A stretch of 20,000 nt of DNA, taken from IMG/VR virus record IMGVR_UViG_3300023180_000044, one strand, 5' to 3'. The notes under the pieces were generated by a model, which was not told the DNA's origin, made no database searches, and saw nothing but the letters and a program-made list of their open reading frames with translations. Made by a program: the position numbers and the translations under genes. Positions 1 to 9,200 of the stretch are shown piece by piece (the first letter of the stretch is position 1; every line of letters begins with the position of its first letter). Source of the stretch: an uncultured virus (IMG/VR IMGVR_UViG_3300023180_000044). Taxonomy: Duplodnaviria; Heunggongvirae; Uroviricota; Caudoviricetes.

Positions 1-1950
1 ACCTTCCTGACCACTAGCGTCAGTATTAGTACAATAAACAAGAAGTCCTGGAAGTGGAGTATCAATAGCGAGTCTCTGTTCTTGAGTCATTCTTGGAATA
101 AGAAGACCTTGAGATTCACTTGCAAGTTCTAATAGTGCACATGTTGGAGAAGTAGTATTTCTACCCATTGAAACTGACCCACCACTAAAGACTAAGTCAT
201 TTCCTGATTGGTCCACAACTCTACGACCTGTTAATTCACCGTCAGAGTTGTAGATACTGATATCCGCTTGAGAAATACCTGTGATGTTAACTTGACCACC
301 TGTATTATCTAATAATGAGATGGTACCAGCACTATATGTACCACCTGTAATTTCAGGTGCAAATCCTGTAACGTTAAACTCTGTATCGTCACTCATACCT
401 AAAGTAAGAGTTGTCGGAGTGTAAGTTGCACCTGTTAAGTATGTGTCATCAGAGTCAAAACCTGAAATGGTAATATCCGATTCTGAAGACCCGTTTAAGT
501 TAAGAGTTAATGTTCCGTTGTTGTATGTACCCGCAGTTACGAATGGTAATTCAATCGAACTAAATGGAACACCCGTTGAAGAACCTGAAAGACCCCAATC
601 ACCGTCGTATCCTAATGCTGTGATAGCATCAACTGATAATAATGATTGACTTCCGTCGTTTAATGTAACTGTGAAGTTATTACCTGATTCGGTAATTGTT
701 TTAACGTAAGACCATCCACCGGCACCAACTGTATTTCCATCATTTCTTAATAATGTTAAAATACCTGTAGCTTCTGTGAATGTGGCTCCTGTAACGTAAA
801 TATCTGAAGTTTCAGGAAGTGTAATAGTAACAGTCCCTAAACCATCAGCCATGTTAAGGTTTAACTCACCCGCAACAGAAGTACCGCCTGTAATAAATGG
901 AAGTGTTGTTGTTCCTGAAGTTCCGTTTGTATTGTTTGTAGTTAGTCCCCACTCACCGTTGTAAGAAATACCTGAGATTGCAACATCACTTGAGAAGTTG
1001 TTGTAAGAAACATTACCATTTACATCAATTACCAATGCTCTGTTGTCAGAACTTTGACTTATACCTTGGAATTGAATACTACCTCCTGTTGCAGCACTTA
1101 ACACCAACTCACTTGAACGTAGAGATAATCTTTCTCCACCTCCACCGATAATATCAAAATCATTACCATTTAATGATAATGTTCTTGTGCTATCGATTAC
1201 TAAGTTTGTGTTGGCTATGTTCTGACCTGTTACCCCCGTGATGTTTACTGTAGACCCAGTATTGTTTGTTAACTCTAAGGTTGCAGTATTTGTCGTGTAG
1301 GTACCTCCTGTAATATATGTATCAGAACCGCCACCTGTTGTGAAACCTGTTACGTCAAAGGTTCCACCTGTAGTGTTTGTAAATGTTGCAGTACCATTTG
1401 AGTAGGTACCACCCGTTACCGTGATATCGGTCCCGTAGAAAACTTTCCATCTTGCATTCTCTCTTGTAACACCACTAACACCTTCAATTGATGAGTCTAA
1501 CCAAGCATCAATGAAGTCAGCACCACCAGCACTTTGTGTCGTTACACTGTAACCGTATGTCGTTTCACTTGTTGAACCACTTGCAGCGTCCCATAATTCT
1601 TCAAAATTAGGTATAGTATATTGGTAAGTAAGTTGTGTTTCGTGAACGAAAACTAACATACCTAATCTTCTACGTCCTGAAGATATACCGTCTGAATTAA
1701 GAGAAATGGTATCAGGTAAGAAAGCAAGGTTTCTAACTGAATAATTTATCGGAATGGAATTACCAGAATATTGAATAAGACCTGTTGTTCCCGCAGGAAT
1801 CGTATAGATGAGGTCATTAACGGTATACACCTCCATGTAACCACCGGTCTGTAGAACGCTAAAATTAGTCCCAAAAACCTTGTTTCTAGCAACCGATTCT
1901 TGGTTTGTTAACTGTGTGGATGTAAGAGGATTTTTGTATATGAAACTCAT
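1..1950 (-). CDS. Putative tail fibre / receptor-binding fibre protein (>650 aa, 3' end runs off the window)
   Basis: Not in the ORF track. Manual translation from ATG at 1950 stays open to position 1: MSFIYKNPLTSTQLTNQESVARNKVFGTNFSVLQTGGYMEVY...SGRRRLGMLVFVHET...; repeated D(T/I)Y(V/I/L)TG(G/A)T(Y/F) beta-fibre-like units; near the edge LLELASESQGLLIPRMTQEQRLAIDTPLPGLLVYCT, resembling the 'KGLLIPRMTxxQRxAIxxPxxGLLVY' motif I recognise from Bacteroidota fibre/surface proteins. A-rich leader with a GTATTTATA motif upstream. Confidence 0.85.
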   Translation of the reverse strand, partial: MSFIYKNPLTSTQLTNQESVARNKVFGTNFSVLQTGGYMEVYTVNDLIYTIPAGTTGLIQYSGNSIPINYSVRNLAFLPDTISLNSDGISSGRRRLGMLVFVHETQLTYQYTIPNFEELWDAASGSTSETTYGYSVTTQSAGGADFIDAWLDSSIEGVSGVTRENARWKVFYGTDITVTGGTYSNGTATFTNTTGGTFDVTGFTTGGGSDTYITGGTYTTNTATLELTNNTGSTVNITGVTGQNIANTNLVIDSTRTLSLNGNDFDIIGGGGERLSLRSSELVLSAATGGSIQFQGISQSSDNRALVIDVNGNVSYNNFSSDVAISGISYNGEWGLTTNNTNGTSGTTTLPFITGGTSVAGELNLNMADGLGTVTITLPETSDIYVTGATFTEATGILTLLRNDGNTVGAGGWSYVKTITESGNNFTVTLNDGSQSLLSVDAITALGYDGDWGLSGSSTGVPFSSIELPFVTAGTYNNGTLTLNLNGSSESDITISGFDSDDTYLTGATYTPTTLTLGMSDDTEFNVTGFAPEITGGTYSAGTISLLDNTGGQVNITGISQADISIYNSDGELTGRRVVDQSGNDLVFSGGSVSMGRNTTSPTCALLELASESQGLLIPRMTQEQRLAIDTPLPGLLVYCTNTDASGQEG

Positions 1951-1966
1951 CTTATTTTTCTTTAAC

Positions 1967-1975
1967 TATAAATAC
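1967..1975 (-). promoter_or_regulatory. Putative phage late promoter motif GTATTTATA
   Basis: Minus strand reads AAAGTATTTATAGTTAAAGAAAAATAAG-ATG; the motif ends 16 nt before the start at 1950. The same core recurs twice in the other intergenic gap. Confidence 0.55.
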
Positions 1976-2007
1976 TTTATTAATTCTCAAGAGTATATTT
2001 TTTTTCA

Positions 2008-5000
2008 TTACGCAACTGTATTTCCTTTGAAGTAAATCGTTTCACTCGAGTTGTCAAAGAAGAACCCTGAACCCGTAACATTTGTTGTATATACTCTATA
2101 CGAACCTGGCAAGAAGTGTCCACCTGGATTGACTACTGGTCCAAGTGCGAATAGACCTGGGTCCATAACCTCTTGTGCGAACGTATTAGGTCCTTGTCCA
2201 AATGAGAAATCTACAATTGTTTGTCTATTTCCTGAACTTGTTCCACCAATAGAATCATCAGGAATTAATAATGTGTAATATCCATCTCCAGGTGCCGTAC
2301 CAGGACTAACCTCCATAGTTTCAAAATTCCATCTTATAATGGAGTTACCGAATGAGTCAACACCTCCGCTTGATTGTGGTATTGGTGAAGATATAATTGC
2401 AGGAACATTTCCTACACCAGCATTTAAGTTATAGAAGCTCAAGTAATCAATAATATCTTGAGTTTGTGTAATTACAGAAGCATTTGAGTATCCGTAGAAG
2501 TTAAAGTTACCTCTAGTGTTAAACATGTAGTTACCAATTTCAGCACCTATTGAACTCGGTTCAATAATCAAATATGCCGGAGGTAAGGACGCTTGCGACG
2601 GACTAACTGATGGAGTCACTGTCGGTGTCGGTGTCAACGATGTTGACGGTGTCACCGATGGAGTTGGCGTATGTGTCGGAGTAGCCGATATTGACGGTGT
2701 CACCGATGGTGTTGGTGATGGTGTTGGTGTTGACGTTCCACCAGGTGTAGTTGGTGTCGGTGTCACCTCAGCCGTTTGTGTAGGTGTTTGTGTTGGAGTT
2801 GGAGTTACAGGTGTCGGACAATCTGCAATATCTCTAATTAAACCACTATTATCAATTTGGAATTTAACAACACCTATAAAACCTGCGTTGTCTTCAGCAT
2901 CATACCATAGGTCTGCACCTTGGAATGGTGTTGTCAATCCTGGGTCAACAAATACAAAGTCCCCGATTTGAGCCGCCGTCACAGTGTTGAAATCATTGCT
3001 ATAAACTGCATCGTTTACAGGTTGACATTCTAAGTTCGAATCAGGTGCACCACCGCTAGGACCCGCGTTAAAGAAGAACTCAATAGTCTCAGCAGGTGTT
3101 GGTGATGGAGTATTTGTCGGTGTCGGCTCTGGAGTTGAAGACGGAGTCTTAGTTGGGCCAGGAGTTTGAGTAACTGTAGAAGTTGGTGTAACCGCCGGTG
3201 TTGCCGTTGGAGTTGGAGTTACAGGTGTCGGACAATCCGCAATATCTCTAATTCTACCTGTATTCTCAATTTGGAACTTAACTGTTCCAATGAAACCTGC
3301 AGTATTTTCAGCATCATACCATAAGTTAGCTCCCGCGAATGGAGTTGTTAATCCTGGGTCAAGGAATACGAAGTCACCGATTTGTGCGTTTCCTACAGGT
3401 CCGAAGTCATTAGTATAAACTAAGGCATCTACAGGTTGACATTCCTGACTTGAATCAGGGAAACCTGCACCTTGAGTAGCATTTAAGTAGAACTCAATAG
3501 TCGCAGCTGGACTTGGTGTCGGAGTGCTCGTTTGTGTTGGTTCTGGCGTTGAAGACGGAGTCTTAGTTGGACCAGGAGTCTGAGTAACTGTCGAAGTTGG
3601 TGTAACCGCCGGTGTTGCCGTTGGAGTTGGAGTAACAGGTGTTGGACATTCTGCGATGTCTCTAATTCTACCTGTATCTTCAATTTGGAACTTAACTGTT
3701 CCAACAAATCCTGCAGTGTTCTCAGCGTCATACCATAAGTTAGCCCCTGCAAATGGAGTTGTCAATCCTGGGTCAACAAATACGAAGTCTCCAATTTGTG
3801 CATTACCCACAGGACCAAAGTCATTAGTGTAAACTAAAGCATCTACAGGTTGACAATCTAAGTTCGAATCAGGTGAACCTGCACCTGCCGCTTCATTTAA
3901 GTAGAACTCAGTAGTCTCAGCCGGTGTTGATGACGGAGTATTTGTCGGTGTTGGCTCTGGAGTTGAAGACGGAGTCTTAGTTGGACCAGGAGTCTGAGTA
4001 ACTGTCGAAGTTGGTGTCACATCAGGAGTTGAAGTTACCGTAGGAGTAACCGTAACCTGAGGAGTTCCTGATGGAGTTGAAGTCAACGTTGGAGTTGGTG
4101 ACAACTCAACAGTTGTAGATGGTGTAGGTGAATTAGTAACTGTCTGTGTTAATGTTGGAGTTTGTGTTGGAGTTTCAAACGGTGTTGCGGTAAAGTCAGG
4201 CGTCGGAGCCGGAGTTGTCGACGGAGTAACTGTCTGTGTTAATGTTGGAGTTTGTGTTGGGGTTGATGTTGCAGTTGCAGTTGGAGTTACCTCAGCCGTT
4301 TGTGTTGGTGTACTAGTACTTGTCGGTGTTACCGCAGGAGTCTCAGACGGAGTCGCTGAAGGTGTCACTGTTGGAGTTGATGTAGATGCCGGCGTTGATG
4401 TCGGAGTATTTGAAGCTGTCGGAGTTACCGTAGCTTGAGGAGTACTAGTTGGCGTCGCAGTTGGACTTACAGTCGCAGTAATAGTAGGAGTAAGAGTTGG
4501 ACTAACACTTATTGATGGTGTTACCGATGGTGTTGGACTATGTGTTGGTGTTGGTGTTTGACTAACATCTGCAGTGTTAGACGGAGTAGGTGTTACTGTA
4601 GATTGTGGTGTGCTAGATGGTGACTGAGTTACTGTTGGTGTAACTGTTGCCGTCGGAGTAGACGTAGAAACAGGTGTTTGTGTAGGTGTCGGGGTATTTG
4701 AAGCAGTTACTGTTGGTGTGTTAGTTGAAGTTGCAACAGGAGTTCCTGTCGGTGTTGAACTAACCGTCACAGTTGGCGTTGCAGTTGCTTGTGGCGTATT
4801 TGTTGGAGTGTTAGATGGCGTTACTGTTACAGTTGCTTGTGGAGTAGATGTCGGTGTAGAAGTAGCGGTTGGACTCACACTTACTGATGGAGTAACTGAA
4901 GGAGTCGCACTATGAGTTGGCGTTGGTGTTTGACTTACACCCGCAGTATTAGATGGTGTAGGTGTCGGAGTATTAGTGGCAGTGTTGGATGGTGTAACCG

Positions 5001-6072
5001 CAGGTGTCGAACTTGGAGTTGCAGTCGGAGTAGTCGTTACACCAGTAATTGTCTGTGTCGGAGTTTGTGTCAATGTTGGTGTCGGAGTTTGTGTTACACC
5101 AGTAATTGTCTGTGTTGGTGTAACAGTAATTCCTGTAAATGTACTAGAAGGCGTTATTGTCGGAGTCGTAGTTAAAGTTGGTGTTGCAGTGGCAAATGGT
5201 GTAGCGGTAATATCAGGAGTGACTGCAGGTGTTGAACTTGGAGTTGCAGTTGGAGTTGTAGTTACACCTGTAATTGTCTGTGTTGGTGTAACAGTAATTC
5301 CTGTAAATGTACTAGAAGGCGTTATCGTCGGTGTTGAAGTAATTCCTGTAAATGTACTAGAAGGCGTTATCGTCGGTGTTGAAGTAATTCCTGTAAATGT
5401 AGATGATGGTGTTGGAGTAGGCGTAATACCAGCAAAAGTAGATGTCGGAGTCATCGTTGGCGTAATCGTTGGTGTTGCAGACGGTGCAAATGTTGGTGTT
5501 GGTGTAGGAGTTGGGAATACATAGTTGAAATTAGCACTGAAAACATACTCAGAAGCACCTGTAGTTGTAAAGGTAACGCCCGAGAATGTTGAACTGTAAT
5601 CTAATAAGTTGAAGTCAGCACCCGAATCAGAAACAACAGTAGAACCTGTAGTTCCACCTTCAGGAATAAAAATACTTGCATTCAATACAACAGGGTCACC
5701 TGAAGTAACACCTAAGACGTTAACAAAATCAAATTCTACTCTCTTATCGACGGCATATCTTGCACGTGCAAAGTAAGTGGCAACAACCGAACCTGGTTCA
5801 TAGGTCGCAGTCAAATCGATAATATCTGAATTACCTGTAAGTGTGAATCTCTTAGTGATAGTTTGGTCCTCACAACCTGGTTGAAGATTTTCAAAAATCA
5901 ACGTATAGCTTGTACCATTTGGCTCTGCAGGGAAATCATAGGGAATACCCGCAACTAATTGGTCCCTTGTCTTATTGGACAGAATCGGGGAAGTGGCTGT
6001 GGAGCCTGTATATATGTTAAATGGACCAACCGCATTAGTATCAAGGGTTAATCGTAATATTACTTGAGCCAT
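2008..6072 (-). CDS. Large Thr/Pro/Ser-rich (mucin-like) putative virion protein with three tandem 138-aa repeats, 1354 aa
   Basis: ORF track. About 185 aa of N-terminal globular sequence (GPFNIY...RDQLVAG), a ~500-aa (TP)n low-complexity stalk, three repeated ~90-aa domains separated by TP linkers, and a ~190-aa globular C-terminal domain. No obvious signal peptide or TM segment. Confidence 0.9.
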   Translation of the reverse strand: MAQVILRLTLDTNAVGPFNIYTGSTATSPILSNKTRDQLVAGIPYDFPAEPNGTSYTLIFENLQPGCEDQTITKRFTLTGNSDIIDLTATYEPGSVVATYFARARYAVDKRVEFDFVNVLGVTSGDPVVLNASIFIPEGGTTGSTVVSDSGADFNLLDYSSTFSGVTFTTTGASEYVFSANFNYVFPTPTPTPTFAPSATPTITPTMTPTSTFAGITPTPTPSSTFTGITSTPTITPSSTFTGITSTPTITPSSTFTGITVTPTQTITGVTTTPTATPSSTPAVTPDITATPFATATPTLTTTPTITPSSTFTGITVTPTQTITGVTQTPTPTLTQTPTQTITGVTTTPTATPSSTPAVTPSNTATNTPTPTPSNTAGVSQTPTPTHSATPSVTPSVSVSPTATSTPTSTPQATVTVTPSNTPTNTPQATATPTVTVSSTPTGTPVATSTNTPTVTASNTPTPTQTPVSTSTPTATVTPTVTQSPSSTPQSTVTPTPSNTADVSQTPTPTHSPTPSVTPSISVSPTLTPTITATVSPTATPTSTPQATVTPTASNTPTSTPASTSTPTVTPSATPSETPAVTPTSTSTPTQTAEVTPTATATSTPTQTPTLTQTVTPSTTPAPTPDFTATPFETPTQTPTLTQTVTNSPTPSTTVELSPTPTLTSTPSGTPQVTVTPTVTSTPDVTPTSTVTQTPGPTKTPSSTPEPTPTNTPSSTPAETTEFYLNEAAGAGSPDSNLDCQPVDALVYTNDFGPVGNAQIGDFVFVDPGLTTPFAGANLWYDAENTAGFVGTVKFQIEDTGRIRDIAECPTPVTPTPTATPAVTPTSTVTQTPGPTKTPSSTPEPTQTSTPTPSPAATIEFYLNATQGAGFPDSSQECQPVDALVYTNDFGPVGNAQIGDFVFLDPGLTTPFAGANLWYDAENTAGFIGTVKFQIENTGRIRDIADCPTPVTPTPTATPAVTPTSTVTQTPGPTKTPSSTPEPTPTNTPSPTPAETIEFFFNAGPSGGAPDSNLECQPVNDAVYSNDFNTVTAAQIGDFVFVDPGLTTPFQGADLWYDAEDNAGFIGVVKFQIDNSGLIRDIADCPTPVTPTPTQTPTQTAEVTPTPTTPGGTSTPTPSPTPSVTPSISATPTHTPTPSVTPSTSLTPTPTVTPSVSPSQASLPPAYLIIEPSSIGAEIGNYMFNTRGNFNFYGYSNASVITQTQDIIDYLSFYNLNAGVGNVPAIISSPIPQSSGGVDSFGNSIIRWNFETMEVSPGTAPGDGYYTLLIPDDSIGGTSSGNRQTIVDFSFGQGPNTFAQEVMDPGLFALGPVVNPGGHFLPGSYRVYTTNVTGSGFFFDNSSETIYFKGNTVA
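2791..4020 (-). repeat. Three tandem 414-bp (138-aa) intragenic repeats
   Basis: Anchor 'tctaatt' at 2833, 3247 and 3661 (spacing 414). Protein unit is [23 protein letters not shown]...EFYLN...[13 protein letters not shown]...[48 protein letters not shown]. Confidence 0.92.
5102..5401 (-). repeat. Perfect 45-bp tandem repeat (about 2.4 copies) plus a 56-bp duplicate 168 bp away
   Basis: gtaattcctgtaaatgtactagaaggcgttatcgtcggtgttgaa starts at 5294 and 5339, with a partial copy at 5384 (encodes [15 protein letters not shown]). The segment gtaattgtctgtgttggtgtaacagtaattcctgtaaatgtactagaaggcgttat is identical at 5102 and 5270. Confidence 0.88.
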
Positions 6073-6091
6073 CTATTCTTTTTTCTTTTAT

Positions 6092-6100
6092 AATAAATAC
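6092..6100 (-). promoter_or_regulatory. Putative phage late promoter motif GTATTTATT
   Basis: Minus strand reads AAGGTATTTATTATAAAAGAAAAAAGAATAG-ATG; about 20 nt before the start at 6072, similar in position to the motif at 1967-1975. Confidence 0.5.
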
Positions 6101-6130
6101 CTTAACTTTATTAAAGTTTTGGTTAATACC

Positions 6131-6167
6131 TTTACTTTTTAAAAATTTGTTTACTTTTAAAAAATTT
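6131..6167. repeat. Intergenic 18-bp direct repeat (1 mismatch), possible protein-binding site
   Basis: tttactttttaaaaattt (6131-6148) and tttacttttaaaaaattt (6150-6167); each has a ttttaaaa palindromic core. Confidence 0.5.
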
Positions 6168-6179
6168 TGGTACTGTCTT

Positions 6180-6188
6180 TATAAATAG
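6180..6188 (-). promoter_or_regulatory. Second TATTTATA motif copy in the 6073-6251 gap
   Basis: Plus strand tataaatag at 6180-6188 reads CTATTTATA on the coding strand. Confidence 0.35.
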
Positions 6189-6203
6189 TTTATCTTAATT
6201 AAA

Positions 6204-6241
6204 TCTTCTTCTGAAATTTTATAATTTATCTCAGAAAAAGA
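6204..6241 (-). terminator. Possible weak hairpin/terminator after the 1901-aa gene
   Basis: Minus-strand RNA UCUUUUUCUGA-N16-UCAGAAGAAGA (11-bp stem with one G:U), 10 nt after the stop at 6252, followed by UUUAAUU. The stem is AT-rich and the U-tract is poor. Confidence 0.3.
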
Positions 6242-6251
6242 AATACATCCC

Positions 6252-9200
6252 TTATGGAAGGTTTGGCACGAACATAAATACCGTTTCAGCATCACCAGGT
6301 GTTTCATTACAAATAGGGATGTTATACCCCAAATTGTTAAGTGCTGTTATAATTAGGTTTGTGTAGTATTGTGCGGTATCACCATTCACAACATCATATG
6401 TATTATGTATTTGTGTCTTACCCGAAAGACCATATTCACCAACATATTGACCCTCTCCATTCTCAACGGATTGTAATAATGTTTTAAAAGCTAGACCCAG
6501 AGGATTATCAGGATTATCATTGGGTCTATTCACTTGGAAATATTCCCCACGTATATAATTTGAATTATTATTTTCTATAACCGACCTAAGAGTTGTAATA
6601 TCCTCATTAAAAGACTCAGTCCTTTCTGTTTCATTAGTCCATGTCTTGGCGCTGAAAATATATGGCGGAGATGCTTCATCTTGGAATACCAAATTAATAA
6701 CCTTAGTAATAGCAGGCGAGCTACCCTCAGTTGCTAACAGTTTATACCCTCTTTCATAACTGTTCGATATATCTGAAAAGTTTCTAACCCTAACCCTTTG
6801 GTCATATAATCTTGAATCATTACCATAGAAAGGTAATAAACAAGGTTTAAGTATTGTAGACGCCATAATATTTAATGGTGTCTCTGTGCTTGTCATAGAA
6901 CCTGAATTGTCAAAGAATATATTAATTTCAGTTTCCTCATCAACCTCCATCGGAGGTAAACCACAATCAATCACATAATCAATCTTTAAATCAATGGTTA
7001 ACCTTTCATTTGATGAACATTCACCTGTAATCGATATTGTATTCTCGAACACATCAACCTCAACGTGTCCAATACCTGTAATTCCACTTAATACTCCCTC
7101 AATGGTTTCACCCCACAAACTATCTGACGGGTAATCATTTAACGTATATCCTGTATAGAATGGACCTTCATAGGTATTTCCACTAAATTCAATCACATAA
7201 TTGAATATAGCACTTACTAACACACAATTTGTTGAACCACTTGAAATATCTAAGAATCCTTCGTTTAACATACTGTGAATCGACCTCTTAGTGTATGTTG
7301 TAGTAAATTGGTCCTCACAAACCTGAACCAATTGGTAGTCACCAATATTTTGGTTGGTACACAATACCGTTGATGATGTCGTTCCTGAACATCCGTTCGC
7401 ATCGGTCACAGTAACTGAATATGTACCAGCTCCTAATCCGGTAATTGATTGTGTCGTATTACCGTTTGACCATAAGTAGGTAAATGGTGCAACACCACTA
7501 ACAGGCTGAGCCGTTAGTGTGGCAGCACTTTGTGGGGTACACTCTTCTTTTGCAATTGATACAGTTACACCTGGCGTTCCTGAGATTACAAAGTTCTCTT
7601 CGATACTACAGTTGTCACCATCAACAACTCTTATCGTATATGTTCCCTGTGGTAAATTGTTAAATGTGTAAGAACTAAATCCAACATCCAATAAAACCTG
7701 TCCGTTACTCAAAATATAATCTAACGGTGAAGTGTAACCTGCACCAACAGTAATTGTTGCCGAACCATTAAGATTACCACAAGACTCATCAACCGTTGTT
7801 GCTGAAACAGTAAACTTAGGAGTTACTGATACAACAATATCCTCTGAGTAAACACATCCACGTGCACTTTCAATAGTTAAGGTGTAGGTATCGTCAGTTA
7901 AGTTAGGGAATTGCTGATTTAAATTGCTACTTGTAATTGTTGATTGGTAACCATTGGTCTGACCTGACAATTTATAGGTAAATGGATTACCATCACCTTG
8001 TAGATAAACTGTTAATGTTGCCTCACTACCACAATTTATATACGCTAAGTTCCAATTTACAGATTCAATACCTCCTAACGATGGTATTGCACTTTGTATT
8101 AACAATTGACAACCGTAGTCATCAGTAACTAAAACGTCATAACCTCCAGTTGATAAACCTGTAAAGGTAAACGTTGTATTTGATGAGGTTCCTGATTGAC
8201 CATCCGAACCTTGGTATAGGTAAGGTGCGGTTCCACCTGAGATATTAACCTCAATCTCTCCATCTGCACTTAAACAATTAGCCGCAACCACATTAACCGA
8301 CAACTCACCTAAGGCATTGTCTGAATTAATAGCAATTGACTTCGTTAATTGACAATCATTGGCGTCGGTTACTGTAACTGAGTAACTTCCAACACTTAAT
8401 CCTGTGATGGTATCACCTGTTGCCCCGTTTGACCATAGGTAAGTGTAAGGTGGTTGACCTGTAAGTCCTGTAATACCAGCTTCACCCGTGTTAAATCCAC
8501 ATTGTGACGTTGATTGACCTGATAAACCAAAGTCTAAGGTAGATGTTCCACTGATAGTCACCGTTTGAGTCTGTGCGGTTGCGCCACCGAAGTCAGTAAC
8601 AATCGCATAATAGTCACCATTTGGTAAATTATTAAATGAATATGGGTTATTCACCAAATTAACGGTAGTATAACTAACAGAATCTTTAAATAACTCAATA
8701 TTTTGAGGAATTGATAACGAATCACCACTCACACTCAAATATCCATTATCCTGAGAACATGTGGTACCTGAATAGTCGTCAATGATTGCATCCAAACATC
8801 CATCAACCCAAACTGAGATTAACGCCGTCTGATTTGGAGAAGCACTATCAGTCAACGTGAACACATAATTACCTTCTGTAAGACCTGTAAACTCAAACGG
8901 GTAATATGATGTTGAGTTAGGTAATGTACCGGGAACACTATTCACTATTGAGAATGGTGGGACACCTTGAGTTGGTGTAATAATTATCTCACCACCACTT
9001 GGATTATCACACGTTCCTGAAACTATTAAGTCATATTGAATTGGACCATAGTTACAGTCTTGTGTTGTTGGCGTAAAGTTTACAGTAATACCACTGTAAT
9101 TGAAACTTGTATCAATAGTTACCGCATCACCAATAGAATTACCAGATTGATAGAAACCACAACAGTCAATATAGAAATAACTACCGTTGGTGCTGCCTTC

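Noticed and set aside
2791..4020. 414-bp repeats as a possible diversity-generating retroelement TR/VR pair
   Set aside because: All copies are in-frame coding, the differences are largely synonymous and not adenine-specific, and there is no reverse transcriptase in the window.
5102..5401. 45-bp repeats as a CRISPR array
   Set aside because: The copies are directly adjacent with no unique spacers, lie in frame within a CDS, and no cas genes are present.
4718..5524. Plus-strand Val/Gly-rich ORFs (4718..4915, 4912..5175, 4976..5524; likewise 9916..10236)
   Set aside because: They are antisense shadows of Thr/Pro codon runs (ACN/CCN read as NGT/NGG or GTN/GGN), which lack stops by construction. 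No independent start context.
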